A stretch of DNA of 64,000 nucleotides from Squalus acanthias. Lineage: Eukaryota. The DNA is taken from the NCBI GenBank assembly GCA_030390025.1, contig CM059425.1, forward strand, positions 165,418,001-165,482,000, written 5' to 3'. The position numbers and the translations under genes are program-made. Below the pieces are notes generated by a model. It saw only the letters and a program-made list of their open reading frames with translations. It did no database searches and was not told the origin of the DNA. This document shows, piece by piece, positions 12,311 to 23,305 of this stretch (position 1 is the stretch's first letter; each line of letters starts with the position of its first letter).

Positions 12311-14250
12311 ATGACTTCTGCAAGAGCTAAGGCCTCTCCCCGCTTTGATGATGACTCCCTCCATGCTCTTGTGGAGGGAGTGAGAGTGCGCCAGGAGGTA
12401 CTCTTCCCCTCATCTGGACGGCGGAAGCCTCCTCAGCAAAGCAAAGCAGCCTGGCTGCAAATTGCTGAGGAGGTGAGCTCCAGATCTTTGTGCGCTCGCT
12501 CCTGGGTCCAGTGCAGGAAAAGGTTTAATGACCTGGTACGCTCAGCAAAAGTGAGTATAACATCACCCTGACCTTCAATCTGCTCCCCATCTCCTCTCAG
12601 CACCAGCACTCTGCATTGTCAACCTACTCCTGCACATCCCACTTTACCCTTACATCCCTTGCACCCTTTATCATCCCTCTCTCTCTATGTACAGAATCAC
12701 TTCACTATTCTACTATGCACCCCTCACATTCGCTATCACTGTTATGCAATGCCAACAACTAATAGCGCACAGGGAGGGCCCTTGGTATTGGCATCTCACT
12801 CCATCTTTGTCACCCTCTAAGCATCTATGCTATGGATTCTCTACACTCACTCCAACATTCTCATTCCAACTCCACTTGTGTCCCTCATTGCAGGAAAGAG
12901 ATCCCACAATAAGAGGGAGAGGGCCAGGACAGGAGGAGGGCCACCTTCCATTGCCCACCTGACCACCACTGAGGAGGCTGCTCTGGAGATCATAGGAGGG
13001 GCTGAGGATCTGGAAGTGGGGGACGGTCAGACAGGCGCAGTAGAGCAAGCTGGTGACAGAATAGATTTGCAGCCCTCTCAGTTACATTGCATGAGTGACT
13101 GATATGGCATCTGATGCTCATACAGATTGAGTTATGATCATCTGCACAATTCAATGTGCATGATACGTTAATATCACATGTCTAACTCATGTCTTTACTC
13201 CCCCACAGAACCATCGAGAGCCCCCCCTCCCCACTGTCTAGGAGGAAGAGCCGGAAGACTCCTCAGAGGAAGATGCAACCTCTGAGGGCGCAGCATCAGC
13301 AGAATTAAGCGCACCCAGCACCAGCGCAGATACGCACGCCTCGGTGGGTCCTTCGAGAGATACAGTCATGTTGTCACCTGGTCTATCACAGCGCACAAGT
13401 GAGCATCAGCAGATGGTGGAGACAGGGACAGCAGTTGAAAGTCCTTGTCGGAGACCGCAGGGCGCTCCCAGCTCTGCTCAGCTGCATGTGGACCCTGTGC
13501 CTCTGGGGCCATCAGAAACAGAGTGGTGCTTAAACTCCAGGAATGAGTGCAGGAGTCTCTGGCAGGTTTTGCATCCAGGGTAACTGCGAGTGTGGAGAGG
13601 ATGGAGGAGCCCATCTCTAACATGAGCACTACCATTGTGGAGGCAATGGCGCATGAACGCACCACCATGGATAGGATGGCAACTTCCATGGAAAGGATGG
13701 CTATGGTCATGGAGGAAATAAGTCGCCAGAGTCAGGAAAACATGGTGAATGTTCAGAATAGAATGACATCTCTGGAGGATCGATGGGCAGCTATTGAGCA
13801 GAGAGACCAGAGCTTCATGGGTGTCCGTTTGAGGAGGACTCCAGTGCAGATACGGGTCCTTATGCCCCCCCTGATGTGCAGCAAGGTGCTGTCCAGCCAC
13901 TTGCTAGCACTGAAGTGCAGATGACCCATGAGAGGGATGTTGGTGGCAGGCAACAAGGAAGTGGGGGCTCCTCTCCAAGCGCTCACATGACCATGCCACT
14001 GTGGAGCCCTCAGTCAGAGCCCCACCAGAGTCCTCACCCAACTGAGATGGCCATCTCAGCACCTGCACAGCCGCAGGAGGAGCAGACTGTTGCCAAGCCC
14101 TCCCGAGCTCGCAAACCCAGAGGACGCCCGCCAAAGGTGTCGAAGCAGGAGCAACATGAAAGTGAGCAAGGTGTCTCCACATCTGCTGAAGCTACAGGGG
14201 AAGTACCACATAGAAGCACGCGTAAGAGAAAGATGAAGCACACCCTATAG
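12311..14250 (+). pseudogene. Harbinger Myb/SANT-like DNA-binding protein, 3 exons (12311-12550, 12894-13052, 13209-14250), with frameshifts and a premature stop
   Basis: RFDDDSLHALVEGV..AWLQIAEEVS..RSWVQCRKRFNDL; donor GTGAGT at 12551; CAG acceptors; KRSHNKRERARTGGGPP; acidic, helical and basic C-terminal segments split across three frames. Confidence 0.88.
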
Positions 14251-14513
14251 TCACAAGGGTAGTCACTTGTGTGTTTTGATGTAATACATCTTTAATATAA
14301 TCTTCGCCATTTCAATGTCAATAAAGAAATGCGATGGCAAACATTCAAAGAGTTGGCCTATGTGTGACCAGAAATGGAAGTGTCACATTGAGGTGCCAGG
14401 GTGTCTTTCATCTGTAATGATGGTGGTGAGAGTGATAGGAACCCACACTTTATTGTACAGATGGTGTTTGGTGTGTTAAGAAGGTGGCAGCCACATGTGT
14501 TTGCTTCGTCAAC

Positions 14514-15732
14514 TTAAGCGAATCTGGCATAGATTAGTGCATCCCTTGCATCACGGGCAGCAATGTGCTCGCGTGCTGGTGGAACAGGCGCATCCGCCTC
14601 CGCAAGGCCCTCATCCTCATCCTCCTCTGAGGAGGAGGCTGTGCCCTGAGCCACTTGTTCCTCAGGCAGCGCTAAGCCACGCTGCTGTGCGATGTTGTGC
14701 AATGCACAGCAGACCATGATGATTCTGGAGACCCTGGTTGGTGCATACTGTAGGGCTCCACCTGATCTGCCAAGGCATCTGAATCGCATTTTGAGCAAGC
14801 TGATGGTTTGCTCGATGATAGCTCTAGTGAAAATGTGGCTGGCATTGTAGCACTCCTCAGCTTCGTTTGATGGCCTCCTTAACGGCGTCATTAGCCACAT
14901 CTTCAGGGGATAGCCCTTGTCTCCAAGTAGCCATCCGGAAAGTTGGGGTGGCGGATTGAAGAGCTGAGGCACAGTAGACTACCGCAGAATGAACGAGTCA
15001 TGGCAACTGCCAGGGTACTTTGCGCAAACATGCATAATGTTCTTCCTGTGGTTACACACCAGCTGGACGTTATGGGAGTGGAATCCCTTGCGGTTGACAA
15101 AAACAGCTGGGTTGTGATGGGGTGCCCTAATGGCCACATGTGTGCAGTCTACGACACCCTGCACCCTTGGCAAGCCTGCCATATTTGCAAAGCCAACCAC
15201 ACGCACGGTTATACTTGGTTCATCTGTGGAGAAGTGGATGTAATTGTGCGCCTTTGAAAAGAGGCCACCTGCGTGATGCAAGTGTGTGCGGCCAACTGGG
15301 AGATTCCACTAATGTCTGCTGATGATCCCTGGAAGGACCCTGAAGCAAAAATATTGAGGGTGGTGGTGACTTTGACAGCCACTGTCACAGCCACAAGGAA
15401 TGTCCACCCGCTCCTCTGGGCTCCAGGTGTTGGTGCAGCATTGTGCAGATGTCAGCGACTACCTCTTGCAAAAGTCTCAGCCTCCTTTGGCACTGCTGCT
15501 CAGTCATGTTGAGGAAGCTCATCCTCGGCCTGTAAACCCTGTGTTGGGGGTATCTCCTGCGGCGCGGTGCAGCCCTGCGCTGACGCCCTCTGCCCTGTGC
15601 AGCATCAGGTGGGTGAGGAGGAGGTTGGCGCTCCTGTTGTTGCTGCTGCTGTTGTGCCCGGTTCTGCTGCTGCCGCAGCTGCTCATCCTCCAAATCTGAG
15701 GACCAGGATGACGGGGAATAAATGGTTCCCAT
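14514..15732 (-). pseudogene. Harbinger DDE transposase (HARBI1-like fold), two frameshifts and one in-frame stop
   Basis: [28 protein letters not shown] and IEQTI motifs across ORFs 15385-15732, 15209-15394, 14979-15281, 14514-14972. Confidence 0.93.
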
Positions 15733-16279
15733 TCCGCTGATATATATGTCAGTTGCGGACTAGAAGTTAGAAGCGCTCAGTCAATGTGGCCAGAGGGTTT
15801 TCCCAGGAGGTCACAGTGCATTTGGATCTCAGCTTCAGCACGTACAAGATCAGTAAACCTGCAAAAAGTCTTCCAACACCTGAAAAAACAAAGCTCTGTC
15901 ATCTGAAAGTCAGCCATGTTCGAGCTCCGTTTTTATGCTGGAGCTGCAGCTGTCAAGAAGTCAGGCACTTGCTGAACCCGACACAATCAGCTGGCGCGGT
16001 TTGTGAAAGGCGTGGAACATGCTGAAAATGTAATAACATTGAAATACCCTGTTAAAATTGGCTTATTCAGGCAGTTAACAAGCTGTTAACTGCCTTAAGT
16101 GCCTCTCTCGCCGCTTGGTGGCGGGACCGATCGGAACTCCCAGAGCTGGCACTTGGCAAAGTAACGTGGAGGCGGGTTGATGGTGGAATCGCAACCCACT
16201 GTCAATCAAAACAATTTTAACCTTTGACCTGCCTCCAAACCCACCCTCTCAGTGCCGATAAAATCGCGGCCTATGAGTT

Positions 16280-18090
16280 ACATAGAACATAGAACAGTAC
16301 AGCACAGTACAGGCCCTTCGGCCCTCGATGTTGTGCCGAGCATTGTCCGAGACCAAGATCAAGCTATCACACTCCCTGTCACTCTGGTGTGCTCCATGTG
16401 CTTATCCAATAACCGCTTGAAAGTTCCTAAAGTGTCCGACTCCACTATCACAGCAGGCAGTCCATTCCACACCCCAACCACTCTCTGAGTAAAGAATCTA
16501 CCTCGGACATCCCTTCTATATCTCCCCCCATGCACCTTATAGCTATGCCCCCTTGTAACAGCTGCCTCTACCCGAGGAAATAGTCTCTGAACATCCACTC
16601 TATCTATCCCCCTCATCATCTTATAAACCTCTATTAAGTCGCCTCTCATCCTCCTCCGCTCTAAAGAGAAAAGCCCCAACTCCCTCAATCTTTCCTCATA
16701 AGACCTCCCCCCCAAATCAGGCAGCATCCTGGTAAATCTCCTTTGCACTCTTTCCAATGCTTCCACGTCCTTCCTATAGTGAGGTGACCAGAACTGCACA
16801 CAATATTCCAAATGTGGTCTGACCAAGGTCCTGTACAGTTGCAGCATAACCTCACGGTTCTTAAACTCAAACCCTCTGTTAATAAACGCCAACACACCAT
16901 AGGCCTTCTTTACTGCTCTATCCACTTGAGTGGCAACCTTCAGAGATCTTTGGATATGAACCCCCAGATCCCTCTGCTCCTCCACGTTCCTCAGAACCCT
17001 GCCGTTGACCCTGTAATCCTTATTCAAATTTGCCCTACCAAAATGAATCACCTCGCACTTATCAGGGTTAAATTCCATCTGCCATTTTTCGGCCCAGCTC
17101 TGCATCCTATCAATGTCTCTTTGCAGCCTACAACTGCCCACCACCTCATCCACTACTCCACCAATCTTGGTGTCATCAGCAAATTTACTGATCCACCCTT
17201 CAGTCCCCTCCTCCAAGTCATTGATAAAAATCACAAACAGCAGAGGACCCAGCACCGACCCCTGTGGCACACCGCTGGTAACTGGTCTCCAGTCCGAAAA
17301 TGTTCCATCCACCACCACCCTCTGCCTTCTATGAGATAGCCAGTTACTTATCCAATCGGCCAAATTTCCCTCTATCCCACAACTCCTTACTTTCTTCATG
17401 AGACGACCATGGGGAACCTTATCAAACGCCTTACTAAAATCCATGTATACGACATCAACTGCTCTACCTTCATCTACACACTTAGTTACCTCCTCAAAGA
17501 ATTCAATCAAATTTGTTAGGCAAGACTTACCCTTCACGAATCCGTGTTGACTATCCCTGATTAAGTTGCCCCTTTCCAAATGGTCATAAATCCTATCCCT
17601 CAGGACCTTTTCCATTATCTTACCAACCACCGAAGTAAGACTAACCGGCCTATAATTACCAGGGTCATTCCTATTTCCTTTCTTGAAGAGAGGAACAACA
17701 TTCGCCACTCTCCAGTCCTCTGGCACCATCCCCGTGGACAGTGAGGACCCAAAGATCAAAGCCAGAGGCTCTGCAATCTCCTCCCTTGCCTCCCAAAGAA
17801 TCCTAGGATATATCCCATCTGGCCCAGGGGACTTATCGACCCTCAGGTTCTTCAAAATTGCTAAAACATCTTCCCTCAGAACATCTACCACCTCCAGCCT
17901 ATCCACCTTTATCACACTCTCATCCTCAAGAACATGGCCCCTCTCCTCGGTGAACACTGACGAAAAGTATTCATTCATCACCTCTCCTATCTCTTCTGAC
18001 TCCATGCACAAGTTCCCACTACTGTCCTTGACCGGCCCTACCCTCACCCTGGTCATTCTTTTATTTCTCACATAAGAGTAAAAAGCCTTG
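16280..18090 (-). mobile_element. Young 5'-truncated CR1 LINE
   Basis: (TTCTATG)n tail; TSD GAGTT (16275-79, 18091-95). Confidence 0.95.
16359..18071 (-). CDS. CR1 ORF2 reverse transcriptase, uninterrupted 570 aa but lacking the endonuclease
   Basis: NYRPVSLTS, QHGF, YMDFSKAFDKV, GVPQGSVLGP, FADD, VRPHLEYC. Confidence 0.9.
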   Translation of the reverse strand: MRNKRMTRVRVGPVKDSSGNLCMESEEIGEVMNEYFSSVFTEERGHVLEDESVIKVDRLEVVDVLREDVLAILKNLRVDKSPGPDGIYPRILWEAREEIAEPLALIFGSSLSTGMVPEDWRVANVVPLFKKGNRNDPGNYRPVSLTSVVGKIMEKVLRDRIYDHLERGNLIRDSQHGFVKGKSCLTNLIEFFEEVTKCVDEGRAVDVVYMDFSKAFDKVPHGRLMKKVRSCGIEGNLADWISNWLSHRRQRVVVDGTFSDWRPVTSGVPQGSVLGPLLFVIFINDLEEGTEGWISKFADDTKIGGVVDEVVGSCRLQRDIDRMQSWAEKWQMEFNPDKCEVIHFGRANLNKDYRVNGRVLRNVEEQRDLGVHIQRSLKVATQVDRAVKKAYGVLAFINRGFEFKNREVMLQLYRTLVRPHLEYCVQFWSPHYRKDVEALERVQRRFTRMLPDLGGRSYEERLRELGLFSLERRRMRGDLIEVYKMMRGIDRVDVQRLFPRVEAAVTRGHSYKVHGGRYRRDVRGRFFTQRVVGVWNGLPAVIVESDTLGTFKRLLDKHMEHTRVTGSVIA

Positions 18091-18095
18091 GAGTT

Positions 18096-18800
18096 GAGGG
18101 TAGAAATTTGAGAAGCGAGTTGACTACAATAGTTCTAAAGAGGCCAAGAAGGAGAATTGAGTGCGGTGAGGATCAAGGGAGAAGGAGTTGGGTTTCATGA
18201 AAATTATGATCTTGGCTGCGGGGGGCGGGGGAGATAGGCAAGTAACTGCAAAACCAAGTAGCCCTCAGCTAGAATGGGTTGAAGACTGTGAGGAGGGGAG
18301 GAAGTGCCAGAGGGAGCTGTAAGGATGATCTTCATCTTGGGGACAAAGAAATCCACGTGCTCCTTGCATTTGGTGTTTGTGGTGAGAATGGAAGTGGAGG
18401 AAGGGGAAAGGGGTTTAGTGAGGTGGTTGTTCATGGGGGTCGGGGGAGGGGGGGCGGTGGGTGAAGGACGCTGGAGAATAATCCTGGAGTAATAGCTGGT
18501 TTGGCCGCAAAGAATGAAATATGGTCATGCTTGACGTGGCTAAGCCAGAGCTGCTGATTGTTGACTTGGCCAGTTGTATGCCAGGTACACTCTAGCTTCT
18601 GCCCTTCTTACAATGAGGGAGCGATGATGGGAGCATACCAGGGGAAATGACAAGACAACAAGCAGCAAATCATTTGCTGGGAACAAGGGCATTAAAAGTA
18701 GAGACAAGGGAGCAGTCAAACAGATTAATTGCGGCAAAAGTATCATGCTGGGTTGAAGATGAAATGAGGGGGAAGTGAGAATTTTGTGACTAAGTTTATG
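18096..18800 (-). mobile_element. Old L2 ORF2 middle fragment
   Basis: KCKEHVDFFVPKM resembles the L2 inter-domain region; collinear with the L2 piece at 9890-10571. Confidence 0.55.
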
Positions 18801-19336
18801 AGAGAGCTTGGAGGGGGGGGCTCCATTCTTGCTTATATTTCTTCTTTTTGTAGTTCCGTATTGAAATATTAACCTACCCTTTTTGAAGTTTTGCAACATA
18901 TAAATGCAATAAGCCAACAATAGCTAGCAAAGTATGTAAATACTAAAGCTATTCTAATACATTCATCCTGGGATAAGAATGACCAAGTGATATGTGCCAC
19001 TGAGTTACTTTGCTAAAATGGTGCTCCCTCACAAGACTTCTGTTGTTTCTTCCCATACACAGGAAGAAACAAAATGTGGTATATGGGTATGCTAGGTTCT
19101 TATAGTGCCTTTGGGATCACACATGTGAAAACATATGCAGGGTAATGAATAACTGGCCGTGAGCTACAAGACTGTAATTCAATCAAGCAGTTCTTGTGAT
19201 GTCATAAACCATAAATGGAGCTCGAGCAGTTTGTGAATGTATAGAATTCCGACTTGCTTAAACTCACTGCCAGCTATTTATTAGTCTTTGTAATATATAG
19301 TTTCCTAAACATGACAACAAATCTTTTAAATTCAAT

Positions 19337-19956
19337 GGGCTAAAAATTGAGTAGCACCCCATTTGGGGCGCTAACTTCGCCGGGGCGCTACTTTTAGCGC
19401 CCTGGAAAAATTAGCACCCCCACGCCGGAAATACTGGAAGCGCCCCGCATCCCTCTTGGGGTGCTGCGAGTCAATATCGTGGCACTACGTGATGTAGCAC
19501 CAAGCGCTGTGGCACATCGCGCCGTGGTATTGCAGGCCTTCCTCCCCTTCTTAAAGGGAGGGGCCTTGCGCAGCGCGACCCGGTGCCCAGCTGGGCCCCC
19601 GGGGATTGGAGCGCAGCCGGCACGCCACGGTGGGGGGGGGGCATTCAGGAGGCCGGGGACGGGAGTGCAGGCAGGTGCTGGCAGGCGGCCAGCAACAAAA
19701 ATGGCCGCCCCGCACCTCGCCTTTAAATAGCGCCTCCCCGACCGCAGGGAGGCCCCCCTGACCCCGTCGGACATAGCATCCAGCGGTAAGTCGGGGGGTG
19801 CTCCCGAAGTTCGCGGCCGGGGCGCTGTGCACGGTGATGACATCATCGCTGGCGGCGCAGCACGTGGGGCGCTACTGGTTAGCGCCGCTGCTAACCTCCC
19901 GCTGAATTTCGCGGGAGGCGCTAACGGGAGGCGCAAAGCAACCCAATTTTTCCCCC
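19337..19956 (+). mobile_element. Harbinger MITE (family A)
   Basis: TIRs GGGCTAAAAATTG / CAATTTTTCCCCC; TSD AAT. Confidence 0.9.
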
Positions 19957-21124
19957 AATATTAATAATTGACAGTATGTGTATTATCTTAGCAAATCAAG
20001 CATAGGTTGGAAAAATGATAGATGTACTTTTTGTATTATCTGTATCTCCTCTGTACCAATACTGGACAAAACACCTCAGATGACCATGGTCAGGTCTGAC
20101 ATCCTTCAATTGGCTAGCTAATTGCCAAGTTCACACATGTGTCCAATACACTCATGTATTTTACAGCTCTGCATTCTTGATAAGATAGAGTACACATTTC
20201 TTTAGACATACCACAGTGCCTTGTTTCAACTGTTCTGGCCTACACCCAGACCCATACAATACTGTGTTGAGTTTGATAGAAGTTAATAGTAACTGTTAGT
20301 GACAGCTACCAGCATTTTGTGAAATGTTAACAGACTTTGATGGAAGGTTTAAGTGAAAGCCAACATGTTATGGAGCTTTTCCATAAATACTGGTAATTAT
20401 CAATTAGTGACTTGTAAAGATTTGAATTGACAGCTGAAGGGCTGAATTGAAGATTGTTATTAAGATAAGATGTTTAACAATTAAATTACTTACAGATTGG
20501 ATGTAAAACTGGATATAACATGCATGATTTTAATAGTTTTTGAATACTGAATGAATGACCATATTTAAAGGGCAACTAACTTCTAGTGGTGAAATCATTC
20601 ATTTTATTACATTAGGCCCTTTCCTTTCCTCTCCATTCATTATGAAGATTCTCAGCTGTATTTCATTCCTCTGGTCCTAGCACACTGCATCCCCTTATCT
20701 AGGCCATCTAAGTTACGATGACATCTCTTTCCTGCTAGGGATAAAGCATATATAATGCTATAGCAACCCCCTCCCTGTGATATCATCTTGTTTAAATAAT
20801 GAAACAAAATAGTATTATTATGTTGTCCCTTTCACAATATATACAGTACTATTTGAAATTTAAATTGTATTAATGTTCTTTATCAATCAGTCAGATTATA
20901 TCATTGTTCTAAACACTCACAAATAATGTCTTGTGCAGTATTTTTGATTTGTTCATAGAGATCTCGCAGTTCTAGCTCTTTCTTTCATCACTAATTTTTT
21001 TTTTTAATTACCTCCTGAGGCTGGCACGATGCCATTAACAAGCAGGATTCGTCGTAGGCCGCCAGCAGTCCCACCTGAAACCGGTGGGAGACTAATGCAT
21101 ATATGTAAATGAGGGTCTTAAGAC

Positions 21125-21890
21125 ACATAAATAAAACAGAAAAGTCTGGAAAGACTCAAGATGCTCAAGCAAAACAACAACTTGCATTTATATAGCGCCT
21201 TTAACGTAGTAAAACGCCCCAGGGCACTTCACAGGAGTGTTATCAAACAGAATTTGACACCGAGCCACACAAAGAGATATTAGGACAGGTGATCATCTCT
21301 AACAGGCAGCATCTGTGGTGACAGGAAGTTAGGATTAACGTTTCAGGTATTCTGACCCTTTGACAGAATCGGAACCGAGTTTTACAGATGATCAGCTTAT
21401 TAGGAGAAAAAAAAGAACGGTCTGTGATTGGGTGGAGAACAGGCAATGATTGAACGACAGGAGTGATAATGGTGTGACAAAAGGAGGCAATAATGAGAGA
21501 AATTAGAGAAGTAAAAGATATACCGAGACCCAGAGGATGTGTGAACGGTTACAGCAGAATAGCGGAGGAGGAGGGAAGCATGAAAAATCTGGCCTAACTG
21601 AGAAGGCTCCACTTGCCCTGGAGTGTGGTAGAAGAAAAAGGCAATTCGACACCAGGGGTGCAGGCCACCCTGCACTGATGGGGGGGTCTCCATTACACAC
21701 ACCAGCCCACAACCTCCCCCATTCCCTGGAAGTGCTAGTGCACCCACCCTAAATTACCAGCACCTGCTGTCTAAGAGAAAATGAGAGCTGCAGTTAAGGT
21801 CCGAAGTTATTAAAGTCATTGTTAAGGCCAGGGGGCTTCAAAGTATCTACTAGAAAGGTGTAGTGCTGATCCTTGAGCTTCGTTGGAACA
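21125..21890 (-). mobile_element. Penelope-like retroelement 3' relic (GIY-YIG C-terminus and decayed hammerhead), interrupted by an L2 tail
   Basis: Minus-strand KLKDQHYTFLVDTLKPPGLNNDFNNF at ~21805-21880; CTGTCAAAGGGTC..CCTGAAACGTT at ~21335-21367. Confidence 0.65.
21172..21292 (-). mobile_element. L2 3' tail
   Basis: Matches the 3' ends of the L2 copies at 8030-8147 and 60064-60190. Confidence 0.85.
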
Positions 21891-22166
21891 CCTATTTAGG
21901 ATTTGGATAGAGCTTTGGTCTCCACCCATGTTGCTATCACCAGTTCCTGCAGTGGCTGTAGAACATTCTCAACTCTTAAAGGGCATCTGGCACTTCTCTG
22001 AGAGCAGTGCATATGGAGGCTGTGTTTCTCTAGGGAAGCTGTCACAGAGTTGTATCACCTCTTACAGCAAGAGCTACCACCAACTACCAGAGCTAGCACT
22101 GCATTTCCTGTTGCACTCAAGGTCACTGCAGCCCTCAACTCATTTGCCTCTGGCTCCTTTCAGGTT

Positions 22167-22310
22167 TGAGAGGTCGCACAACACCAGGTTATAGTCCAAC
22201 AGTTTTATTTGAAATCACAAGCTTTCGGAGCTATCAATCGCCCCTTCCTCAGGTGAAGTAGTAAAGAAATACAGACTCGACAAAGCATATATAGATAGAG
22301 AACAATGCAT
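22167..22310 (-). mobile_element. Penelope-like terminus inserted in the transposase relic
   Basis: Near-identical to the 1586 hairpin arm; GTT is duplicated at both ends and removal restores SFQ-VATG. Confidence 0.75.
22215..22256 (-). ncRNA. Minimal type I hammerhead ribozyme motif
   Basis: Minus strand UCAC-CUGAGGA-A-GGGGC-gauugaua-GCUCC-GAA-AGCU-U-GUGA: core, stem II, palindromic AGCU stem III, stem I UCAC/GUGA. Confidence 0.7.
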
Positions 22311-22691
22311 GTTGCCACAGGGGATATTAGCAATATCAATCTGTCTGCAGTCATTGCTGTCATTAGGTAGGTGACTGATGCCATGTTTGCTCGAGCAAGC
22401 ACTTTCATCAGATTCCCCACATCTGGAAGCAGCAGGGTAGGGCTCTAGGGTTTGATTAGATTTCAGGATTGCCCCAAGTCCAGGTTATCACTGCCTGCAC
22501 CATGGCATTCTGCAGGCTCCTTCAGATGAACCAAGTTCCTTCATGGTCCCACTATGAGCATCCTTCAACGATTCTATTACTGGTGCCAGAGACTTCTGCA
22601 TGGAGGCCGAGATGCAGTGGTCATTGAGGTGAACACACACTGCATGGATAATTGGAGAGTGTCGATGCTATGCACCAGAAGCCCACATAAA

Positions 22692-23305
22692 GGCTGGAAT
22701 TTTAATCTGGAAGGAGGTCGGGAGTCGGGGGCTAGAAAGCAGATGGAGAGGCTGGCTGGCTGCGGGCGGGTAGGCCTGTGGCACTAGGCCGCAGAGAGGA
22801 GGAAGGGAGGGATCGGGTGGGGGTTGGTCAGGCGCCAGAGGAGGATTGGGGCCAGAGGAATATCGTTGGGGGGGGCGGAAGGAACGGGGCTGGAGGGGGG
22901 AGACCGGGAAGGCGAGCAAAGGCCTCGGGGGCGGGAGGGGTCCGATCGCGGGGCGGTGGGGGGGTGGGTGAGGCAGTGACGCTGGATCTAGGAGGTAAGT
23001 GTAAAGTCACTTACCTCCTGGATCCAGCAGTCCTCACCTTCCTTTAGCTGGCAGGATCCCTGAGACCTGGGAAACCCAATCAGCCAGAGTTAAATTTGAA
23101 TTGGGGTTTAAATCTGAGGCACGCCAGCCTCATTATAATATTTAAATTGTGATCCGCACCCTGGGAGCTGGTTGGCTCCCGCACCCCCCGTCCCGCCTCC
23201 ATTAAAACCGGAAGTGGATAGGTTGGAGGTGGGTTGGGGTCGGGATTCCGTTTTTTAACACTTTAACCTCCAACCCACCCGTTTTTTGGGGTTAAAATTC
23301 CCCCC
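22692..23305. mobile_element. Harbinger-type MITE
   Basis: TIRs GGCTGGAATTTTAA / TTAAAATTCCCCCC; TSD AAA; GGCGGG/CCCGCC motifs. Confidence 0.75.

Larger units (their letters stand above)
12041..16271. mobile_element. Full-length PIF/Harbinger transposon (family B), defective
   Basis: Perfect 15-bp TIR GGCCGCGATTTTATC / GATAAAATCGCGGCC; TSD TAT; convergent Myb-like and DDE transposase genes. Confidence 0.95.

Noticed and set aside
12221..12571. Host MSANTD/NAIF1-like gene
   Set aside because: It is inside a TIR-bounded element and its downstream exons are frameshifted
16812..18075. Plus-strand ORFs of 175 and 130 aa
   Set aside because: Antisense shadows of the CR1 RT frame
19394..19936. 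180-aa ORF and similar ORFs at 8-498, 4755-5262 and 10982-11483
   Set aside because: By-products of GC-rich MITE sequence with few stop codons; no recognisable domain
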